Numbered from the stretch's first letter, positions 47,201 to 62,000 are shown. The stretch: DNA of 64,000 bases from Eledone cirrhosa (GCA_964016885.1 OZ024741.1:63922001-63986000); one strand, 5' to 3'. The notes: generated by a model not told the origin, from the sequence alone. Program-made: numbers and translations.

Positions 47201-48710
47201 TTTATTATATATTATTTACAATTCGCGTGTAGGCAACACTCCCTGGGAATAGGGTTGCGGGCGTTGAGGGTATTACGTGACGTGGCCCCAAAAGTTTCAG
47301 AACTTCTGATCTAACGGTCACACAACATGCAAACGGTGGCAGACAGAACTTCTCCTATCAATATGCAAAGTATATATTACCCCATAAAATTTTACAACAT
47401 ATACGTAAAACTATAGAAGTATCATTACTAGAGTATATGTGATTAAGATTTTCATTTGATTAGGTTTGACCTGTGGTTAGATATTATATAACAACGGCAA
47501 AGACAATTCACAATACATAATCATAATCAGATACTATAACATGATAACGCATATATTATTTTAAAAAGCCATAAGATATATGTATAAGTATGTATATGCT
47601 TGTGTGTGTGCTTGTGTATAAGCTTGTGTGTGCTTCTGTAGATATGCTTGTGTGTGTTTGTGTATGCTTGTGTGCTTGTGTGTGTATGGGCGAATGAGTA
47701 TGTATTTGTGTGTGTGTATCTTTCTTGAGAGGGGGAGGTATTCTTTCTCAGGAATAAATGGGCAATGTAGAAGAAGAAGAAGAAGAAGAAGAAGATGGTT
47801 ATTCTTTGTTCTTGAGATTTATATATTTCACATTAGTAAAGAAAATATCGTAAGAAGAATATAAGCTATAGTTTATTTTTATCTCAGTACTAAGTGAGTA
47901 AGCGTCAGTGATGATGGTTGAAAGATCTTAAAATACTAGTGTCTGGCTTTCTCACACTGCCATATTGCATATGGCTTCATATAACTTTGATAACTTTCCT
48001 AGGTTTCGGCCAATATTAGCCCAAGCCATGTCTTACTTAATAACACCACTTCTATCAGTATATATATTTGTGTGTATGCATGTATATATTAGTGTATGTG
48101 CATGTATATGTATGTGCGTATATATGCTTGCATACATCATTGTAAAAAGCCATAAAATATATGTATACGAATGTATCTATTTGTATGTGTATGTGTGTGT
48201 GAGAGTATGTATGTGTGTGTATGTGTGTGTATGTGCATATTGGCGTACGTGTGTCGGTGCATCTTTCCTTATTTTAATTATTTGGATTCTTCCTATAAGG
48301 AAGATGTTCTGCTTACATTTTATATATGTCTTCCCTGCTGATGGCATTGTTTACTGTTTTGCCAACATCATATTTATGGTTCTTAAACTGGACACTTCAT
48401 TATTACGAGATGCTATTGTTTGAAATCGACTTTTGTCCCAGGAGGCCAGTTAATCACTGGATGTTGTATATTACGTCGATCTTTTCAAATATACGTATGT
48501 TTCGCTCTGTTTAACCTCGTATTTGATTGTACATGTATGTGTGTATGTGTATGTGTGTGTGCGCGCGCGCGTTGATGTGTGTGTGCGCGTGTAGTTATGT
48601 ATATGTACGTGTATATATGCATACAGGTATGTTTATGCAAATATATATATTCGTGGATACATATGTATATGTATATATATATATATACATATGTGTGTTT
48701 GTGTGCGAGA

Positions 48711-48830
48711 AGGCGCGTGGCTGAGTGGTAGAGAATTGGATTCGCATTCGTGAGGTTGTGAGTTCGATTCCCGGACCGGGCAATGCGCTATGTTCTGGAG
48801 CAAGACACTTTATTTCACGTTTCTCCTTCT
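48711..48830 (+). mobile_element. tRNA-derived SINE head (second family)
   Basis: Box A tggctgagtggtag, box B gagttcgattccc, then ggagcaagacactttatttcac. Confidence 0.7.
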
Positions 48831-49739
48831 ACCTGGAGTTGCGACCGATAGATATTATTAGCAATTGGAAGGACCAACGGAAACATTGTTTCTTCGGTCC
48901 GATTTGACGAAATTCGATCGACTGTCATATGTGTGTGATTGTGTATGTATGCGCGTTTGATATAATTCTTTTAGTGCGTGAATGTCTGTATGTGAGTGCA
49001 TATACATAATTTGTTCAAACAGAGTTCGTCGATGGTTGCAGAAGAGAGTATACAATACATGTTGTGGAGTATATGCTTTCTTTAAACTGAACTTCTTTCT
49101 CCTGACCCGCATTTCACAACTCAGCGTTCATTAAGTGTAAAAAACTTCTATTACACGTTGTACGCACGTTTTCTTTTATATATATCTGTATATGCTTCCT
49201 TTTTTCATGATTCTATTGGCTACTTTTCAGAGTTCGTTTCGTCTGGTTGTTTGTTTTCTTTATCGGGGCGTAGTCTGTAGCTGTTTATTTCATTGGTTGG
49301 TTCCTAATATTGTTGCTTCATCTTGTTTTACATTTGTTTTGTTGAAGACAGAATCTTATTTAGGCATTTGCTATTCTATTGGTAGCTTGTATTTTAGTCT
49401 TTCAATGCTTTTCTTGGTTTGGAAACGTTTATTTGTTGTTTTAGGAATGTGTTTTTCATCGGATTATTTGGTGTATTTGAAATTCAGTCGTTTTTATCAT
49501 AATCATTATGCTGTTTTGTCGAGTACTTTTCGTGATTTTCAAATACAGACTCTTTTAGTTATTGATTGACTTTGTATAGAAACGCATGTTTTTTCCAGTT
49601 CGTTGCTTATACATCCTGTTTTGATTTTCTGGTATTGTGGTTTTGCTGTTGAGGATGTAATTTTTTTTCTGCATAAATACAAACACGCCCATGCACATAT
49701 ACACGCACACGCACACACACATACTCTCATACACACACA

Positions 49740-49802
<63 letters not shown>

Positions 49803-49807
<5 letters not shown>

Positions 49808-49989
49808 AACGAGTAGGACCCCGACGGCTGAGCTCAAGCCATTTCGACGGCTAATTCTGGACTAAAATCATTTTAGTGCAGAATTAGCCGTCGGGGTCCT
49901 ACTCGTTCCTATTACCCACTCTACTACCCTAAGTATTGAGTACTTTGCTGCGTTATGGTCCACCTGGTTCCTTACTACATTTCCTTCGT

Positions 49990-49990
<1 letters not shown>
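49803..49990. mobile_element. Small fold-back insertion in (TA)n carrying a partial hammerhead (minus strand)
   Basis: 27-bp inverted arms 49803-49829 / 49886-49912. Minus strand has a stem II hairpin, GAAA, stem III tggct..agccg and TC. Confidence 0.6.
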
Positions 49991-50029
<39 letters not shown>

Positions 50030-50312
50030 TACACACACACACATACACACACACACACATAGATAGCGATGCGTATATGAATGTACGTATAATATATTTG
50101 ACAATATACTATATGTTTATTTAAAAAACATTTTGAAGACCATTCGCTATGAATTTTGAAGTAGTGACTACGTCACGTACTTAGTCTCAATACAGTTACA
50201 TTCTTAGTTCATATCCAGCCGAGGTTAGCTTTGCCTTTCAAATGCTCTGGAAGAAATGTCACAGAGAGTTGTATCCGATGCTTTAACGGTTCTGCCAATC
50301 AATCGCCCTTAA

Positions 50313-50445
50313 AAATTGCTTCTATATTTGGTACAAGGCCAGCAATATGAATGGAAGAGGAAAAGCGAATAAATTAAAATCCAGTGTATTACTGGTACTT
50401 TGTTTTATCGAGCCCGTAAATATGAAAGGCAAAGCTAACCTCGGT
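50313..50445 (-). mobile_element. SINE 3' part
   Basis: Reverse-complement similarity to the consensus. Confidence 0.7.
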
Positions 50446-50873
50446 CGGAGGAGAAGAAGAAGAAGAATAAGAAGAAGAAGAAGAAGAAGAAGAAGGTTAT
50501 TGTTTGTTCTTGAGATTTATATATTTCACATTAGTAAAGAAAATATCGTCCTTGAGTGAAACATTATTAAACAAATTCTTTTTTTATGAGTTTTATATTT
50601 CATTTCATCAAATATATAATTATTAATAGTTCTTTGTGTATTTATTAAATTTTTTAATTGGAAATGATTGCATAATTTCAACATTTCTAACGTAATTCAA
50701 ATTCCGAAAGTCACATATATGTGTGTGTGTGTTTGTGTGTCCATATATATGTAAGTATGTGTGTCCATATATATATATGCATGCATATACATGCATATAG
50801 ATGTGTACAATTGCCTCATGTGTTTTGTTTGTTCATATTCAACTATATATATATGTGTGTGTGGGGGGGGGGG

Positions 50874-50942
<69 letters not shown>

Positions 50943-51281
50943 TGTCTATCTACGTAAAATATTGAACATTCTTGGAAAACCAGGATGGAGAAGATTAAAA
51001 GTGGAAAAAATTTCAAATGAATCGAAGAAGGAGAATGAGTGAAGAATAAGGAAAGTGAGAATGAGAGAGAATGATATAGTAAGAGAGTGATTTATGCAAT
51101 GAATTGTCTCTATATTCCAGAATATGATTTGATTTTTCAATTACACCATAATTTATGTGAAAAAACATCAGGTTTTTTAAGTTAGAATACTAAATTTTGA
51201 AAAGACGTTTAACTTAATCTTTCGTCAAAAATGTGGATCATATGATTGAATATATTGTTTCTGTTTAACCCTTGGTTGGCC

Positions 51282-51500
51282 TTCTTCTTCTCCCATTTAT
51301 TCCTGGGAGGGACGTGGGGTCCTCAAACACTTCTTCCAGCGGATCCTGTCAGAAACAACGGTCTCGAACTGATCCGGCTGCATCCCAAGTGTGACCAGCC
51401 AAGCTCATGGATGTTATCCAACTATCTTCCCCGAGAAATCTGTCCAGCGATTCCTTGATTGGCCTGATCGTTCAAATATATGACCAACCCATCCTCTCTT
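51282..51500 (-). mobile_element. RTE-like LINE 3' end with (GAA)n tail
   Basis: Minus-strand translation GR*LDNIHE...DRIRWKK, typical of an RTE C-terminus; cttcttctt tail. Confidence 0.5.
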
Positions 51501-52608
51501 CATCTCTGATGTTTATAAGGATATTATCATTATTCAATGTATCTTTTCATAAAATGGAAGGACTGCAGTTTGAGAGTAATTTTTGCTATTATTTCTAGCA
51601 GAAAAAATAACCCTTCAGAGACATACTTCTATTGTCGAAGTATAAGCAATATTATTTGACAGGTGAACTCAGAAACTAAGGTGGCAGAGGTAGAAGAGGA
51701 TATTAAATGCTATTTAAGGACTCCAAAGAATTTCAACGCAAGAGTACACGGATGAATTACACACACACGTACACACATACTTATACACACAGACATATTC
51801 ATACACTCGCACAAATATACACACAGACGTACACACATACACACACACCCACGTCGATAATTTTTGACGTATTTGTCTCAGACTATGTGAAAAGGTCACT
51901 GAAAAATCTAGATATCCCGTGTAGTAACTTGTACTAAGTCTTCCATAGTTTCTTTATGTGGTATATTTAACGTTCATTCTTTACGGTTGTTAAAATCAGA
52001 TAGACTTAAATTTATAGCACCAACTACCGATTGAGATATAGTGCATTTTCAGTGATGAAATATCTCGTTGAAATTAACTACTTTTATACTGCTTAGATTC
52101 ATGTGTGTCCTCTACTATATATATATATAAAGCCAACATTCTCATAGGATTAATAATTAATTTCTCGCGGGTATATGGTACAATTAATTGAATTGGATAT
52201 AATATATTTTTATCCGTCCTGTATGTCAACACAAATGAGAGTTAAACTCAAGAACTGAGACAAATAATGTAGTGAAATCTACTTCTGCAATACCGGCATG
52301 TAAATCATGGACAAATATTTATCCCAACGGCTAGAGTGTTAAATTCTAAAAATCACTAAGTGTTAAATTGTTATAAATTACATAAGTGTTAAATTCTATA
52401 AATCACATATCGAATGAGAGTTTCAAGAAAATTGTGGTGAGCATTTTTCATGAATGTGTTATTATATTTACACGCTATTTTCCTAAACTACGTGTACTAA
52501 GGGGGAAAATCACCTTACTAATCTTAGTAACATCACACACGCACACATACACATACACACGCACATACACACACATATACACACACACTCACTCACACAC
52601 ACACACGC

Positions 52609-52686
<78 letters not shown>

Positions 52687-53399
52687 TGCATTGGAGGAAA
52701 TGAGATGGGAAGTAGGTACTAAAGTAATAGAAAACTGCGGCCCAAGTAAAAAAAAGAGGAACGGCAGCGAAAAGTGTATAGATACAGAAGACAACAGAAG
52801 ACAACAAAGATGTAGGACGCGAGAGGAGAAATTCTTTCACGAAACTGCATGATATTGTCAGTCCTTCGAATCACCAACGATGAATGAGCAGAAGCAAAGG
52901 GAAAGGAGTAGTATGTTGATTGAAAACGAAATTCGTATTCATCTTGGTCTAACACTGATTGTAGGTGGAAAGCAAACGAGAAGTCAAAGAATAGTGCAAC
53001 TACCCACAATCTTGAGTAACAATTCAATGATTGATATTTCGGTAAGTTGATAAGCGGCCAAGAAGAGAATATTGACTCTTTAAAGGTCATTAATGAAAGT
53101 TCTAAAATCAATTTTTTATGTTTTATTTTATATTTTTAGGGAGTGGATTTGTGTATGACTGCGCGATTTCGATACACAAGCATGCCAACGCCCAGTCCAT
53201 ACACCTCTTAAAGTACACATTACTATTACTGCAATCCTTAACAAACTAACAATACTCATCCATACACTTGCATAAATACATGCACATTTAATTTTATATA
53301 TAAATTTGCTTACCATTTAGAATAAAGCACACTTAATCCTGACGCCTTTTATATTCCCTCTAAGCAAGTATGTCACAGACACTCACGATGTGAGTCACA

Positions 53400-55950
53400 C
53401 TCTCCACTTATTCCCATATAGACTACACTTATTTGCTTCACCTGGATTATAGACATTGCTTATCATATTTGTGTTTAGTGCTTGATCTTGAGCAACTATT
53501 AATAAACTTTCTGTCTCTCTCTTAAGATCACCTCTTGTCAATCAATTCCATAAAGATCCTACTTTTACTTCCTTCGTTTCTCTCTCAAATGGACCATGTA
53601 ATTCCATAGACTCTACTGTGCTTAGTTTCTTTGCCAGTATCCTATGTTTGTTTTTTTATTTACTTTCAATAGTTTCACTGCATGGTTCTCTGTTTTTAGC
53701 AATATACCTTAAAAGTTATTCTTTACTACTGACCATATACGAGGCTAAGAACCTGCATTCATTAGCCACACAATCTTTCACACTTGCAGCTCCTCGACCG
53801 CCTACGGTTTGCGGTGTACATAGCTTTATGACACTTGCTTTGGGTGCAATGCACCGTTGTCAACCATTTCCTTACGCACGAGTCTATCCAACTTCTCTAT
53901 TTCTTCTTTGGTCCAATTCAAAATAGCTGCACTATATTTAAGGAGTGGCATAACCAAGACATTAATAGCACTAATCAAGTTCTTCCCATTCAATTTCGTT
54001 TTCAGTACCAGTCATAACCTATTTAAATAGACTTCCTCCACATTTTATTTCAACTTCGCATTTAGAATTTTGTCAAGCTCCAAAATGGCCAGATATGTGT
54101 ACCCACTCTCCTCAGAATCACCAATTGACTCTCCATTAGTGAACTCAATCCAACCACTATGTACATATCTACCTCTCTTTGTTGTCAGTGTCACACGCAT
54201 TACAATACCAAACTCCATCCCAATGTTCCCTCAATACCAGAGGTGTATTTTCTTGCATAGAGATTTGTCTTCCACAATTACATTAATATCACATTCTGCT
54301 ATTCCAAACATTTTCAAACATTTCAGTCCCCATGAATGTGGGACCATATCAAAGGCTTCCTTAAAGTCTTTCCAAGCCATGTATAAATTATTTAGCCGTC
54401 TTTTGCAATTATCAATGTTCACCTTTTCAACAGCAAAATTGTCTTTGATTCCCTGGGAATATTTTTCTACACCCCCTTCTACTCGACAAATGATCATACA
54501 CGTTTGCAGAAAAGATGCCAGTTAACAGCTTCCAAAACAAATTGAAGACAGCAATCGGCCTGTAATTTCAAACAAACGAACATTTCCTTTCATCCTTCAT
54601 CATCAAAGTTGTCTTTCCTTCAACCATCCAACTTGGAATGTCTCCTTGTACTACTCAATCATTTAGATGCTTCTTCTCTAGCCTTGAATGAACACTTTTG
54701 CATCTTTTCAACCAGAATCATTGGATCCCATCTAGTCGAGGAGATTTCCTAACTTGCTTTTGAACGCATTCCTTTGAGATTCTTTCCCATCTCTATTTTG
54801 GTTCATTAGATAACTTATGATCATCCTCATTTATCTATCTCCCATCATAGTTATGCTCCTTTGCAATTCCCTATATATTTTACCAAAATTATGTGAATTC
54901 TTCAGCATTAGATGCAACTTCTGCACCATTTTCCCTTAACATCGGTCTAAAAAACATTTTCTGATTTGCAGAGAACAATCTGTTCTGTTCGTATTATTTT
55001 TGTCTAGGGCGGCGGATTGGCAGTATCGGTAGAGGGTCGGACGCCATGCTTTCCAGCATAGTTAGGTCCCTTTATGATCTGAGTTCAAATCCCGCCGAGG
55101 TTAACTTTGCCTTTCATCCTTACGGGGTCGATAAAATAAAGTACCAGTAATGCACTGGGATAATTGCTGGCCTTGTGCCTAAAGCAGAAACAATTATTTT
55201 TGTCTATTTTATAGCGTCTAACCTGATTAGATTTTGTATTAATTCGCTGTTACTGCCACCGTTACATACAAACCGTTCAACCTCATTTTATACCTCATGT
55301 CCATGCACCCTTCTTCCCCTACTTTAGCCTTCTTTCATTTTTCTCTATGTTATGTATCCATTTTACCTAGACCTTTCTTCCTTTCAGTGTGCTCAATACC
55401 TAATAGCTCACCCACCAGGAACCCTGCAATGCTAATTAACTCTCTTAAGTCAGTGAAACCATTACATTATTGCATAGTTTACTTTAGCTGTTTCACTTGC
55501 TAAACTACTCTCTATATTCCAAAGATTCAGGGATATCTTATTGAATCCATGATCATTAAACAATTCTGTCAATCTTTCCCTCCCTCTTTTTAAAGAATGC
55601 ACTTGATTGTATTTTTTATCTTCATTGCTCCATTTCCTTCATCATCTGGTTTCATGACATCGTTTTACATTACTGTTGTTATAAACCTCAGGTGTATTTT
55701 GTGGTACAGTTGCATAATGAGGACTTGTGGACACCTCTACTCTGTTAATAGCTCCACTCCCGTCACACTTGTCCTGACCGACGGCTTCGCCTCCGTTTTC
55801 CTCCAAGGGGCTCCGATCAACAGTTCCAGCTACATAGCAATGTGAATTCGTATTTCTTGTCTGCATCATTTCATAAGATTTGCGTTGATGCGGCTTCATA
55901 ACTACCAGTGCTTCTATCGTGTTCCCAACTATCAGGAAAGTCACCAACCA
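53400..55950 (-). mobile_element. Degraded R4/Dong-type LINE
   Basis: NLYMAWKDFKEAFDMVPHSW, tacaggccgattgctgtc (YRPI), atggagtttggt (MEFG), ggaggtcgaggagctg (GGRG). Confidence 0.75.
55007..55192 (+). mobile_element. Full-length main-family SINE with 14-bp TSD
   Basis: attatttttgtcta at 54993-55006 and 55193-55206. Confidence 0.92.
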
Positions 55951-56085
55951 AGGCTAAAAACTGCTTCTTGGTCTTTTGGCTGTTGCTGTTGTTTCTGTTT
56001 CAGCTGCTGCCTGTTTCAGCTATCACTGAGGCAGTGACTATGCTGGAGTTGGTAGCGGTGCTGGCGGTGGTGACAGGTGTTGTTT

Positions 56086-56659
56086 AAGGTTAACTTTGTC
56101 TTTCATGCTTACAGAGTCGATTAAATAAAGCACCAGTAATGCACTCGGATCGATTTAATCGACTTTCCCCTCCCCTAAAATTGTTGATCTCGTGCCAAAA
56201 TCAGAAATCATTATTATTATTAAGGGTGGTAGATTGGCAGTATTGTTAAAGCGTCGGACAATATGCTTTGAGGCATAGAGTTGCGTCCTTTACATTCTGA
56301 GTTCAAATCCACCGAGGTTAGCTTTGCGTTTCATCCTTACGGAGTCGATAAAATAAAGTACCAGTAATGCACTGGGATGGATTCAATCGGCTTTCCCTTC
56401 GCCTTCAAATTGCTGGCCTTGTGCCTAAAATAGAAACAATTATTATTATTATTATTATTGTATTGGCAGTATCGGTAGAGGGTCAGACGCCATGCTTTGC
56501 AGCAAAGAGTTACGACCCTTTATGGTCTGAGTTCAAATTCCGCCGAGGTTAACTTTGCCTTTCATCCTTACGGGGTCGATAAAATAAAGTACCAGTAATA
56601 CACTGGGATTAATTGCTGGCCTTGTGCCAAAAGTAGAAACAATTATTATTATTATTATT
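56086..56659 (+). mobile_element. Chain of three SINE copies ending in (ATT)n
   Basis: Copies at ~56086, 56223 and 56461. Confidence 0.88.
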
Positions 56660-57111
56660 GAATGCCATGGTTGACGGAGTCTCGACTCTGTAAGGTATAG
56701 TAATTTGTAACCGCTATAACAATAGTAAATTGTTTAAAACTTGAACCAAATTGTAGATAAAAACACCCTCCTCCTCGTGAGAGGGGTCTTTCTGTCCCTT
56801 ATTTGGTCCTTCGGGGTTAAATAACCGCTTATTGGGGATTTGTGCCCAATATTCATTTTAAACCGAAAATAAAACATGGCTACAAAAAATAATTTTCACA
56901 AGTCACTCCCACTCTTTCCGTCTTCTTCTTCCTCAATCGTCATTACATCAGAGAGAAGATTGTCTCTCTCCCTCCCTTTTCTAAATGTGGTGTCGACTCT
57001 TTCGCAAGCGACGCCATTAAAGAAAAAGAAAAATATAGTTTCTGGTAGCTTTCACCAAGAGAACGTGCATACCGTGGATCATTTCTCCACGACGACGACA
57101 ACGACGAAAAT

Positions 57112-57249
57112 GTGTGCGGTAAATACGGAAAGCCATTTCATTCGTCTGACGTCATGAAGAATAGCAGCAGCAGCCGTAATAACAGCAGCAGCAACAACAA
57201 TGACAAGGAAAACACTAGTAGCAGCTGCAACAACATCAACAGCAGCATA

Positions 57250-57280
<31 letters not shown>

Positions 57281-59055
57281 ACAGCAGCAGCAGCAGCAGC
57301 AGCAACAACAACAACAGCAACAACAACAACAGCGGCGGTGGTCGTAGTACCAGCAGCAACAACAAAAGTAACAGCAGCTCTGACGACAACAACAACAACA
57401 AGAAAGAAAAACCAATCTCGTTTGCAGGTATCGCAAAGAACCTGGAAACCATCCTTATAACAAATGAGGAATTACAGGAAGCGAAGAAGATGGTGACGAA
57501 AACCGGACACCGAGCAATCTGCAAGGCAGCCGAAAAATTTTTCGAAACCCAACAGCACTGTACGGTCACGTACCGTACAGTAAGCACAAAATCCCGTAGG
57601 GTTGAAAGAGCCACAGAGGCTCAAATACAAAAAGCCTTAGGGTCTGTGTGGCAGCGGAAAACGCATATCACCCGAGGCAATAAATATGCCACCGTAGACG
57701 TGCTTTTTGCTACACCCCAGGAGGCAAAGGCTCAATCCTTAATGACCCTAAGGAGCGAGGAAATGGTGTTGGTGCCCTCCTACTGCGGGCAAAAAATTGT
57801 GAGGGTCAAACTGACCCCCCTCCCCCCCCCCCCCCCCCCCTCCACCCACCCCCGGGATGGCCCCCTTCTTGGCTGGCCGCGTCTGTCCTCGTCGGAATCG
57901 AGGACAAAACAACTGTACTGCAAGTATAGAAAAGAGTAAGATTGGGTCGGCACCTCCATTGAGATGTTAATCCAAACCAACCAGGAGTGCATCGAAGCTA
58001 TCATCGATATGATAGACTTTGATAACCGCACTCAACTGCCCATAAGTGTTGAGGGTAAACGCCCGAAATGCTTTCGCTGTGGATCGAAGACTCACCTCAG
58101 GGCCTTCTGCAACAAGAAGACCCTGAGAAAGGAGAAAACCCCCCTCCTTCCGAAACCGGCCCCACTGCTACCAGCAACAGGACAAGCGGCAACCACGAAC
58201 GATAGGTCCGTGGCACCCATACCCACGCCACGGAAATCAAGAACAGCAGTAGCAGTCGAAGTATTAACAACAACAACAACAGCAATACCAACTGCAGCTC
58301 CAACAGAGACTCCACTGCAAACATCACCAACAACAACAAGTGAAAGAGTGGAGCTGGTACCCCTCCCTGACCTCACAGAGTCAGACATGGAGTGTGAGGT
58401 GGGAGAGGGATGGCAAACGGTCGCAAGAAGGCACAAACGCAGAAGCAGCGCATCGTCGCCTTCGAAAAGGGAGGAAAGAAATGAAAAAAGGGTAAAGGCT
58501 ACTGCAAAGAGACTCACAGCAGCAACACCACCAACACCATCACCACCCACACTAGCACCACCATCACCACCGGCGACAACCCCACCGCCAACAACAACAA
58601 CACCTTCAACACCACCACCACAAGCACCAACATCGCAAACACAACAACAAAACACACACGCCCAGCAACAACGACAAGAAAATAGCAGAACCACACCCCA
58701 CCCCCAGAAAAACAAATGCACGGCAATAAATACACACAACAAGAAACTAATGACTTACATAATTGAAGACACAGACATTTCACAGCACGACTACATAATA
58801 CCAGCACCAATCAAAACACCAACGAACACAAGACTGGTAAAAATAGTACAGAAACAATACACAAACATTAAAACGAAATTCCCCAACGCAGTTAGTGATT
58901 TCAGAGACCTAGGAGGGACTCTCAACCGAAGAGTATATTCGGACATACTAGAAGAACCGACGACCAGCCGAAGGGACGATTCAACGGTCCCTTCACCAGA
59001 CGATCAAGTGAAAAGGGATGGAGAAACCATCCTTCCTCTACGAAAAGTACGGTAA
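57112..59055 (+). pseudogene. ORF1 (gag-like, CCHC zinc knuckle), frameshifted in the poly-C tract at ~57835
   Basis: Poly-N/S N-terminus, ISFAGIAK, VEGKRPKCFRCGSKTHLRAFC, WQTVARR, Pro/Thr-rich tail. Confidence 0.8.
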
Positions 59056-59090
59056 GTGGTCTTTTCCATCTGTTCCACTCCATTTTAAAC

Positions 59091-62000
59091 ATGACCTCAC
59101 TCAGAATAGGCAGCATAAATGTGCGTGGCTTGGGGTCGTCATGGAAGCAGGGCCACCTGCTCAACGACCTCAGGTCACTAAACATAGATGTAGTGGCCAT
59201 CAGCGAGACCAGAATCTCCGAAGCACGGGCCTTCGCACCGATCTTCGGCGGCTACGATGTGTACGCATCTCCCAGCCGTCCTGGATCGGGGGGAGGAGTT
59301 GCTGTGCTTTTTCGGAGAGGTTTGGAGCTCGCCATACGGGCCATCTTCCTGGACCCAGAGAGTAAGTTTGTGGTGCTGGACGTGACCAGCGGAGACGGGC
59401 AAGCTTTCAGGCTATTAGCCGTCTATGCCCCGACAGGAGCAGGGCGGCCTGATTTCTTCCAGCGTCTGGAGACCTTTCTTGGAACGTCCCGCTCTTTAGT
59501 GTTAGTGGGGGACTGGAACGGGATCTTAGATGCACGCTGGGACTGTGTGGGATTAGCGGATAGGGGTGGAGGGTGCAAGAGCCTCACCAACCTGCTCAGG
59601 CGTTTTGAACTGTCTGACAGGTACCGATTGGATTTCCCGAATGTGCCAATGTGGACTTGGGCAAATCGCATAGGGTCATTCAGATCAATCTAGATAGAGT
59701 ATTTTGTAGTGAAGTAGATAGCTCTAGCATAGGCTGTCCACAATTCAAGATAGTCAGCTACACGTACCACAAATTCGTGATCTGTGTGCTTGACTTAGAT
59801 AGGCTTCATAGACGAGGACCCGGCTACTGGAAGCTAAACGCGTCCTTACCAACGCGCAAGGCCTACAGGGACCGGATTAACGAACTAGTTAAGCGGGCGT
59901 TGACGGGGGCCATCGTCAACAACAAGTGGTGGTTTGCTCTGAAAAGAGCGATTAGAATAGAATCCATTAGGTTAAGTAAGGCTTTAGCAATAGAGAAAAA
60001 TAGAGCAGAAGGAGAACTAGTTAGAAAATTAGACGAGGCGCTTAGCAAAGGCATCGCGACCAACGTGCTTGCGGCAAAATTGGCCCTTGACCAATTCTTC
60101 AATGCAAAGCACGAAGGCTGCGTTGTCAGAGCTAGGGTGCGTGCTCTCAGACACGAGGGGACGAAAGCCGTTCAATGGGCCCGAGTGGCGGAGGCGCATC
60201 GTGGCAACAAATCCACGATCCGGTCTTTGGTGGACCACGACGGGCGCATGCTACTCGATCCCGGGCAAATGTGTAAAGCTTTTCAGCGACACTTCGCACA
60301 GTTGTTCGGGGGCAGCGGCGGGCCGGATCGAGGGATGGACTTTAGTGTCTACCTCGACGGACTGCTGCGGCTCTCGGCCACTGAGGCGGAGTGTTGCGAA
60401 AAGCCGATAATAGCCGCTGAAGTACGGGAGGCAATGGCTGGCTGCACAAGGGGTAAATCGCCTGGTTTGGATGGTCTGCCCTATGAACTTTACGTACAGA
60501 TGCCAGACTTGTTCGGAGGCCTCTTGGCGGACGTCTACTGCAACTGGCAACAGAACGCGAGAATTCCCAGCTCTGTGAGCCGAGGAGCGGTGGCACTGCT
60601 GAGAAAGGATCCGAACAAGGGGGATAACATAGATAATTTTAGGCCCATAACGCTGCGAAACACAGAGTTCAAGATTTTGGCCAAGGTGCTAGTAAGGAGG
60701 TTGGCGCTTGTCGTTGGTGGTCTGGTGGGAGAGGCGCAGACATGCGCCATTCCCGACAGATCCATCCACGACAACCTCCACCTCATGCGATACATCGTAG
60801 AGAGGGTAGCTAGGGACCCTGGCACGGGTGGGTCTTTGATCAATTTAGATCAGTCGAAAGCTTTCGATAGGGTCGACCATCGTTACCTAGTGGTAGTCCT
60901 GACGGCGGCTGGCTTTGGGCCCGTCTTCAGAGGCTGGATCGCTGCCATCACAGCGACATCTGCTCTGTGGTGAGAGAGAACGGTCACCTTTCGGAACCGT
61001 TCAACATCATGGGCTCGGTCCGTCAAGGATGTCTCCTCTCGTCCTTCTTGTACGTATTGACTCTCGAGCCATTACTGCACAAACTGGAGACGTTGAAGGG
61101 CGTCCCGCGCGAACTAGGATGCGGAAGATCCGTGTCAGCATATGCGGACGATGTCACCGTAGTGGTGTCGAACGCCAAACACATCGAGGCGATCGGCACT
61201 ACACTAAGAGAATACGAAGCGGTGACAGGAGCAATGATCAACCACGAAAAGTTTGTGGGCCTGCAGCTCGACACCTGGAGAGGCAGGTCCATGCCATCCA
61301 ACAGCGTCGTCGGGCGCTGGACTAACGGACCGGTTAAATTGCTAGGGGTCTGGTTCGGTCCGGACCTCCAGACGGACAAAAACTGGGACAAGGTGACGAG
61401 CAGGGTGGCTTCTCTCACCCAGAAATGGGCGGAGAGGAAGCTATCCCTGAAAGGTCGGGCGGAGGTGGCTAACGCTTACATCGCGTCTGTCATCTGCTAC
61501 CGCCTGACCGTCGTACCTTGTCCTAAGTCTCGCCTGACTGCGCTGGAGCGTTTGCTCTTTCGCTATTTGTGGAAGGGACGCGCTCCGATGGTCAGGCGGT
61601 CCATCTGTTGTCAACACCCGCTACGTCGAGGGCTGGGCATGCCGTGGCTGATGATTCGCAGGCACGCGCTCAGGCTACGACATCTCCACCTCTTCCTCGA
61701 CGGTGATCAGGTGTGGTCGCCGTTTGCTAGACACGTATTTCCCCAGCTCGTTTCCTTGACGGAGCTGCAGTCCTGGGTCAAGCGAAGACCGAGAGGGAGC
61801 GCCTGGAGAGTGGAATGTCTTCAGGCGCTCACAGCCCTCGACCAATCGGGGAATGTGATCGGTGGAAACTCCACCTCGGCGTTCTATAGAGGATTAGTGG
61901 AGGGGAAGAGCGACGACCTACTTGGGGAAACTCTAGGCGTCGACGAAAATCAACTAGCCAATCTCTTTGGAAGAACTTTCGGGCCGGGGCCTATGGACAA

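Noticed and set aside
48711-48783. tRNA gene
   Set aside because: No acceptor stem, and it continues into SINE body sequence, so it is a SINE head.
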